Assembly: GCA_030531245.1 (NCBI GenBank)
Contig: JAUNOA010000003.1
Location: 8,261 to 72,260, forward strand
DNA length: 64,000 nt
Reading direction: 5' to 3'
From: Lachnospiraceae bacterium
GTDB taxonomy: Bacteria; Bacillota; Clostridia; Lachnospirales; Lachnospiraceae
A program made the position numbers and the translations under genes. Shown in pieces: positions 58,932-64,000 of this stretch (position 1 is its first letter; every line of letters starts with the position of its first letter). Under the pieces are notes generated by a model, which saw only the letters and a list, made by a program, of their open reading frames with translations, was not told where the DNA came from and made no database searches.

Positions 58932-61415
58932 ATGCCAAAGTCATTATATCTGGATCCCGATAAGACCAGAGCATCAGGTAAGATTTCATTTGCTGATATT
59001 CCTGTATGTACATACAAGAAAACCATCAAGCAGGAACTTAAAGAAGGCAACTATACTAAAGAAGACCTTATCCGTATCTACAGAGATATGGCTATCTGCC
59101 GTGAGTTCGAGTATATGCTCACACAGATCAAGACACAGGCTGTTTACAACGGTGTAGAGACAACATACCCGGGACCTGCTCATCTTTCACTTGGTCAGGA
59201 GTCATCATGTGTCGGTGAAGCTTATCTTCTCGGTGCAGACGATATCACATTCGGATCACACAGATCACATTCCGAAATCCTTGCAAAGGGTCTTTCATCT
59301 ATCCAGAAGCTTTCAGACAAAGAGCTTATCAAGATCATGGAAGAATTCCTCGGCGGACAGACATTTGAAGCAGTAAAGAAATTCGGCGATACAAAGGATG
59401 TTAAGGAACTTGCTATCCGCTTCCTCCTCTACGGAACAACAGCTGAGCTCTTCGCTCGTCAGCCCGGTTTCCATCATGGTATGGGCGGATCAATGCATGC
59501 TTTCTTCCTGCCGTTCGGTATCTTCCCGAACAACGCTATCGTAGGTGGTTCTGCTCCTGTTTCAACAGGTGCTGCTCTCTTCAAGAAAGTAAACTCAAAG
59601 AAGGGCGCTGTTATCTGTAATATCGGTGATGCATCACTCGGCTGCGGTCCTGTATATGAGTCAATGAACTTTGCTTCTATGGATCAGTATACAAAGCTTT
59701 GGGAGAAGCCATTCAACAAGGGCGGTCTTCCAATCATCTACAACATCTTCAACAACGGTTACGGCATGGGCGGCCAGACACAGGGCGAAACAATGGCATA
59801 CGATATGGTAGCCCGCTATGCAGCAGGTATCTCACCGAACGAGATGCATGCAGAGCGTGTTGACGGATGGAATCCGCTTGCAGTTATCGATGCATACAAG
59901 AGAAAACTTGAACTCATCAAGAAGGGACAGGGTCCTGTTCTTCTCGATGTTGTAACATATCGTCTTGTAGGTCACTCAACATCTGACCAGAACGCATACA
60001 GAACAAAAGAAGAGATCGAAGCATGGAGAGCTCAGGATCCGATCGTTAAGTTCCGTGAGGAGCTTGTAAAGGCCGGCGTAGCTTCAGACGAATTCTTTGC
60101 TAACCTTCTCAAGGAGACAGCTGACCGTATGACCATGATCTGCCGCGCAGCTGCAGACCAGAGCATCTCTCCTTACACAGATTTCGATAAAGAGCCTGAT
60201 TTCATTGCTAAGACAATGTACTCAAATGAGACAAGAAAGTCTATGGATGAGAAGGCTGAAATCCGTGTTACTACTCCAAAGGAGGAGAATGCTGCTTACA
60301 TCTCAAGAGCAAAGAAGGAACGCTATGCATTTGATCAGGATGGCAAACCATTCTCAAAGATCAAAGTATTCGGTATCCGTGATGCCCTTTCAGAAGTAAT
60401 CTTCAACAAGTATTATGAGGATCCTACACTCTGTGCATGGGGTGAGGATGTTCGTGACTGGGGTGGAGCTTATGCTGTATTCCGTAACATGATGGATTCC
60501 ATTCCATATTCAAGACTGTTCAACTCTCCTATTTCAGAGGCTGCTATCGTAGGCGCAGGTGTTGGTTACGCTCTTTCAGGCGGACGTGCACTTATTGAGC
60601 TTATGTACACTGACTTCCTCGGACGTGCAGGTGATGAAGTATTCAACCAGATGTCAAAATGGCAGGCAATGTCAGCCGGCATCCTCAGAATGCCTCTGGT
60701 ACTTCGTATGTCGGTTGGTGCTAAGTACGGTGCTCAGCATTCACAGGATTGGGTTGCACTCGTTGCTCACATTCCGGGCCTTAAGGTATACTTCCCTGCT
60801 ACTCCTTACGAGGCTAAGGGCGTTATGCAGGCAGCTCTTAACGGAACAGATCCATGTATCATCTTCGAGTCACAGAGAATCTATGACAAGGGTGAGGAGT
60901 TCCATAAAGGCGGTGTTCCGGTTGAAGAATATGAGTGGAAGAACGGCGATGTTAACAAGGTTCGCGAAGGCAAGGATCTTACTATCATCACAATCGGTGC
61001 TACACTCTACAGAGCAATGGACGCAGCTAAAGAGCTTTCAGAGAAGTACGGTCTTGAGGCAGAGGTTATCAACCTTCCGTCACTCGTTCCGCTTAATTAT
61101 GATCAGCTCGTTGAGTCTGTTAAGAAGACAGGCCGCGTAGTTCTTGCATCAGATGCATGTGCCCGTGGAACATTCCTTAACGATATCGCTCAGAACCTTA
61201 CAACTCTCTGCTTCGATTATCTCGATGCACCGCCTGTAGTTGTAGGTGCAAAGAACTGGATCACACCTCCATCAGAGTATGATGACAGATTCTTCCCGCA
61301 GGCTGACTGGATCGTTGATGCAGTCAATGCACGTATCGTTCCGATTCCTGGATATGTAAGCAAGACAACTCTTACAGATGCAGCAATCATCGACAATGCA
61401 AAGAAAGCTCTGTAA
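58932..61415 (+). CDS. Fused E1 alpha-beta thiamine-diphosphate-dependent 2-oxoacid dehydrogenase component
   Basis: 827 aa. The N-terminal ~430 aa are E1-alpha-like, with the TPP motif GDASLG...NIFNNGYGMGG. The C-terminal ~350 aa are E1-beta-like (FNSPISEAAIVGAGVGYALSGGRA...). AAGGAG SD. Confidence 0.88.
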   Translation: MPKSLYLDPDKTRASGKISFADIPVCTYKKTIKQELKEGNYTKEDLIRIYRDMAICREFEYMLTQIKTQAVYNGVETTYPGPAHLSLGQESSCVGEAYLLGADDITFGSHRSHSEILAKGLSSIQKLSDKELIKIMEEFLGGQTFEAVKKFGDTKDVKELAIRFLLYGTTAELFARQPGFHHGMGGSMHAFFLPFGIFPNNAIVGGSAPVSTGAALFKKVNSKKGAVICNIGDASLGCGPVYESMNFASMDQYTKLWEKPFNKGGLPIIYNIFNNGYGMGGQTQGETMAYDMVARYAAGISPNEMHAERVDGWNPLAVIDAYKRKLELIKKGQGPVLLDVVTYRLVGHSTSDQNAYRTKEEIEAWRAQDPIVKFREELVKAGVASDEFFANLLKETADRMTMICRAAADQSISPYTDFDKEPDFIAKTMYSNETRKSMDEKAEIRVTTPKEENAAYISRAKKERYAFDQDGKPFSKIKVFGIRDALSEVIFNKYYEDPTLCAWGEDVRDWGGAYAVFRNMMDSIPYSRLFNSPISEAAIVGAGVGYALSGGRALIELMYTDFLGRAGDEVFNQMSKWQAMSAGILRMPLVLRMSVGAKYGAQHSQDWVALVAHIPGLKVYFPATPYEAKGVMQAALNGTDPCIIFESQRIYDKGEEFHKGGVPVEEYEWKNGDVNKVREGKDLTIITIGATLYRAMDAAKELSEKYGLEAEVINLPSLVPLNYDQLVESVKKTGRVVLASDACARGTFLNDIAQNLTTLCFDYLDAPPVVVGAKNWITPPSEYDDRFFPQADWIVDAVNARIVPIPGYVSKTTLTDAAIIDNAKKAL

Positions 61416-61426
61416 TTCATATTACA

Positions 61427-61460
61427 CAAAACGGATGCGGGCGAAAGCCCGCATCTTTTG
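61427..61460. terminator. Bidirectional Rho-independent terminator (E1 gene / GNAT-DUF2156 gene)
   Basis: 9-bp stem GATGCGGGC / GCCCGCATC with a GAAA tetraloop (61434-61455), TTTT downstream and an A-rich flank upstream. Confidence 0.85.
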
Positions 61461-62918
61461 TTACTTTTCTATATTATATCTTTTTTCAAACATAACCGGA
61501 TGATATGACATTTTTGCCTGTCGCAGTCCCGGTATACCGACATCATCTTCTCTGTTGACCAATTCAGCATCCGAAAACTCATGTACCAGAAATTCTCTGT
61601 TTATAAGCTGATACAACCCTTCAATATCCGGGTCTGCTTTTTCGATCTCTACAACTGCCATTTTTTCATCCGGATTATACGCACCGATTGAAAATGCTTT
61701 AAGTTCTCCGGATATATATATACCACCTGTTTTGATACATTTTAACAATTCCGGATCTGACAGTATTGCTATCGTACCCTTTTCATCAATCTCAAGCGTT
61801 GCTTTAATATCATATTCTCCCCCGAGATTTATCCCGTCATTCCCGTTCCCTGATTCAGGTACTTTCACATCATTCCATTTATGAAGAAAATCTATGATTT
61901 CCATCCTGTCATCATATCCTAATGTTCTGTATTCCCATCTTCCTTCATATTTCTTCAGAAAAGCTGTCAGATGATTTCTCTTTTTAGAGAACTTTCTGCC
62001 TTTAAGAGTTCTTAGTGCTTCACCTGAGTATATATAATCAAATATCTCCCTCTCTTCCGTAATATCATACCCGGACAGCATCCCGGCATTTTCAAGATAT
62101 TTTGTCCCTTCTTCATCAGCCAGATAAACTTTCAGTCCGGTTCTGAGAACATATTCAAAATATCTTTCCTGAAGGAACTGATAGTAACACAATTCGTTTT
62201 CACGGCAGAAAGGAAGTGCTGCGCCTATTGTTCCTTCACTGTTATCCCTCAGAAGCAGACATCTGTTATCAACAATGCAATACTGAGTATTGACTATATC
62301 AGTCCAGATAAATGTATCAAGAGGTGTCGAATCATAACTTTTATTAGGTCGTATATGGAAATAATCAAAATATCTGACTGCTTCATTTCCCGAAAAAGGT
62401 CTGTAAAACAAGTTCCTGTAACTCTCTGCATTTCTGATTCTGTCCGGTGCAACAAATGTAGTGTCATTTAAAAGACAAGCGCAGCATTCGGAAATATCAT
62501 CGTCCGCGTACAGGATATCTGCCTCTTCTGCATTAAACTTCCATGAATACCTAAAACCCAGTTTTTCATATATATCTTTGTCTACAGGTGCGAGGAATGT
62601 GAAGCCTTCGCCTTCCTTTTTCAGCGTATCAAGTACATACTTAAGCAGCAGAGACATATATCCTTTATTTCTGTATTCAGGATCAGTACATACGTAACAG
62701 ATATACCAGGCTGACTTTTCTGTTTCATTATAAGTCAGGATAAACCTTCGCAGATGTGCCATTGATATCAACCCATCTTCATTTTCAGCCACGGCAATGC
62801 GACTGTCGAATATATCATCAAGATAATAATCATCATTGTCGGATATCGGCTGAAAACACCTATCTGCCAGATTTCTTGTCTTTGTATTCTCATTCAGCTT
62901 TAAAAATCGACAATTCAT
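61461..62918 (-). CDS. GNAT acetyltransferase fused to DUF2156 (MprF C-terminal-like) domain
   Basis: 485 aa. The N-terminal GNAT core is YICYVCTDPEYRNKGYMSLLLKYVLDTLKKEG. The C-terminal ~300 aa (LKGRKFSKKRNHLTAF...GIPGLRQAKMSYHP) resemble the DUF2156/LPG_synthase_C family. Confidence 0.72.
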   Translation of the reverse strand: MNCRFLKLNENTKTRNLADRCFQPISDNDDYYLDDIFDSRIAVAENEDGLISMAHLRRFILTYNETEKSAWYICYVCTDPEYRNKGYMSLLLKYVLDTLKKEGEGFTFLAPVDKDIYEKLGFRYSWKFNAEEADILYADDDISECCACLLNDTTFVAPDRIRNAESYRNLFYRPFSGNEAVRYFDYFHIRPNKSYDSTPLDTFIWTDIVNTQYCIVDNRCLLLRDNSEGTIGAALPFCRENELCYYQFLQERYFEYVLRTGLKVYLADEEGTKYLENAGMLSGYDITEEREIFDYIYSGEALRTLKGRKFSKKRNHLTAFLKKYEGRWEYRTLGYDDRMEIIDFLHKWNDVKVPESGNGNDGINLGGEYDIKATLEIDEKGTIAILSDPELLKCIKTGGIYISGELKAFSIGAYNPDEKMAVVEIEKADPDIEGLYQLINREFLVHEFSDAELVNREDDVGIPGLRQAKMSYHPVMFEKRYNIEK

Positions 62919-62991
62919 TGCTCTCCTTCTTTTAATTTTTAATAATACCTTTGTAATTATACCATATTTTTATAATTATAAGACATCACCG

Positions 62992-63124
62992 GCATATAGC
63001 TTGCGAGATGCCCGCGCCGAGCGCAGCCGCATCAGGGTACAATACGCAGGCAGTCCGCTGGAGGGTTTGCTTCGAGAGAGTCTATGATCGCGAGAAGCAA
63101 AGCCCGGAATGACAGGACTGCCGG
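62992..63124 (-). repeat. GC-rich structured intergenic element, copy 2 (shared core 62992-63037 plus long hairpin)
   Basis: The core matches 47049-47094 at 40/46 positions. Adjacent long hairpin: GGCAGTCC (63049-63056) / GGACTGCC (63115-63122) enclosing GGGTTTGCTTC (63063-63073) / GAAGCAAAgCCC (63094-63105). Confidence 0.7.
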
Positions 63125-63130
63125 CCAGAG

Positions 63131-63167
63131 AAAAAACAGACTCATCATTTTTCCGATGAGTCTGCTT
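63131..63167 (-). terminator. Rho-independent terminator after the ABC permease gene
   Basis: 10-bp stem CAGACTCATC (63137-63146) / GATGAGTCTG (63155-63164). On the minus strand it is followed by TTTTTT. Confidence 0.85.
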
Positions 63168-63192
63168 AAACCAGTATATATTATACCTTAAA

Positions 63193-64000
63193 TCATTTCT
63201 TCTTCTTGTTTGCGAAGATATCAAATACAACAGCAGCAAGAAGAACGACGCCCTTAACAACCTTCTGCCAGTTGGCATCGATACCCATAAGTGACATACC
63301 AAGGTTGATAACACCGATAAGCGTAGCACCTATGATCATACCGAATACAGTTCCTGAACCGCCGTATGCAGATACACCACCGACAACACATCCTGCAATC
63401 GCATCCATCTCGTAGTTAGTACCGGCTGTTGAGTTAGCTGCCTGGAAACGTGAAATTGCGATATAAGAAGTAATTACTGTGAGAATTTCCATGTTGAGGT
63501 ATGCCAGGAACATAATCTTTCTGGTATCAACACCTGAAAGTCTTGCAGCTTCTTTATTACCGCCGATAACGTAGAAATAACGTCCCAATACCGTCTTGCT
63601 TGTAATAAAATGATATATAAGCACGATTACAACAACCCATACAAGAGCTGTAGGAATACCTCCTGCAAGTGAAAGCTTATAAGCAAAGAGCATGATAGCT
63701 GCAACAGCAAGCACAGACTTTACGATTACCTGAAGTAATGAATCTGCCTCATAACCCTTCTTAATCTTATTTGCACGGCTTGAGAAATTAAGAACAACTA
63801 CAAGCACAGATGCAACAACACCAACGATGATGCAAACAGCATTCATCTTGTTCATCGGTGAACTGAAAATCTTACCTGAAAACAGCTTCAGGAACTCCTC
63901 CGGGAACGGTGCAATACTTCCTGTTGAAGAGTTCGCAGAAAGAAGTGCCGTACCCCATCCTCTGAATGAAAGGTATCCTGCAAGTGTTGCAATCCACGGC
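63193..64000 (-). CDS. Sugar ABC transporter permease (RbsC/MglC/XylH-like), C-terminal part; 5' end beyond window
   Basis: The ORF track starts at an internal Met (63855), but the frame stays open to the window edge (PWIATLAGYLSFRGWGTALL...). It is a multi-TM sequence with GGNKEAARLSGV and the conserved AIAGCVVGGVS..GG.G motif of the monosaccharide permease family. Confidence 0.85.
   Translation of the reverse strand, partial: PWIATLAGYLSFRGWGTALLSANSSTGSIAPFPEEFLKLFSGKIFSSPMNKMNAVCIIVGVVASVLVVVLNFSSRANKIKKGYEADSLLQVIVKSVLAVAAIMLFAYKLSLAGGIPTALVWVVVIVLIYHFITSKTVLGRYFYVIGGNKEAARLSGVDTRKIMFLAYLNMEILTVITSYIAISRFQAANSTAGTNYEMDAIAGCVVGGVSAYGGSGTVFGMIIGATLIGVINLGMSLMGIDANWQKVVKGVVLLAAVVFDIFANKKKK

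Overview
AT-rich Firmicutes-type chromosomal core region. Gene content and protein sequences suggest Clostridia, possibly Lachnospiraceae-like; this is inference only. It holds about 60 genes. From 1 to ~54.9 kb nearly all are on the minus strand, in tightly packed and often overlapping housekeeping operons. In coordinate order these are: galE (partial), RNase P RNA, nucleoside kinase-trmK-rpoD-dnaG, a divergent pair of tRNA-Leu genes, rplT-rpmI-infC (ATT start, L20-type leader), thrS-mgtE-pnp, rpsO, a TIGR03960/TIGR03936-type radical SAM pair, recU, several RNA-modification enzymes, coaD-rsmD, an L,D-transpeptidase, and recG-yloV-asp23. Next come rpmB (plus strand), ytfJ/ytfI-like sporulation genes, and the long string pgsA-rimO-rpoZ-gmk-rqcH-serS-rpe-rsgA-prkC-prpC-rlmN-rsmB-Zn peptidase-fmt-def-priA-murF-murE. 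After that are ftsK, a Cof hydrolase, a PflX-type radical SAM gene overlapping an MtaD-like deaminase, and a double AT3 acyltransferase. From ~55 kb the content looks more accessory: a plus-strand DeoR regulator with a 2-oxoacid dehydrogenase cluster in the order E2, E3, fused E1 alpha-beta, then a GNAT-DUF2156 fusion and the end of a sugar ABC permease. I saw no mobile elements, CRISPR arrays, prophage genes or defence-like genes, and no convincing evidence for a new multi-gene system. The most notable oddities are small-scale. One tRNA-Leu has A at wobble position 34 (anticodon AAG). A GC-rich structured repeat occurs in two intergenic spacers. An rsmF-type methyltransferase is split at an A6 run / CUU-UAA site. 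The E2-E3-E1(alpha-beta fusion) cluster is unusual. Two membrane or transferase domain fusions are also present.
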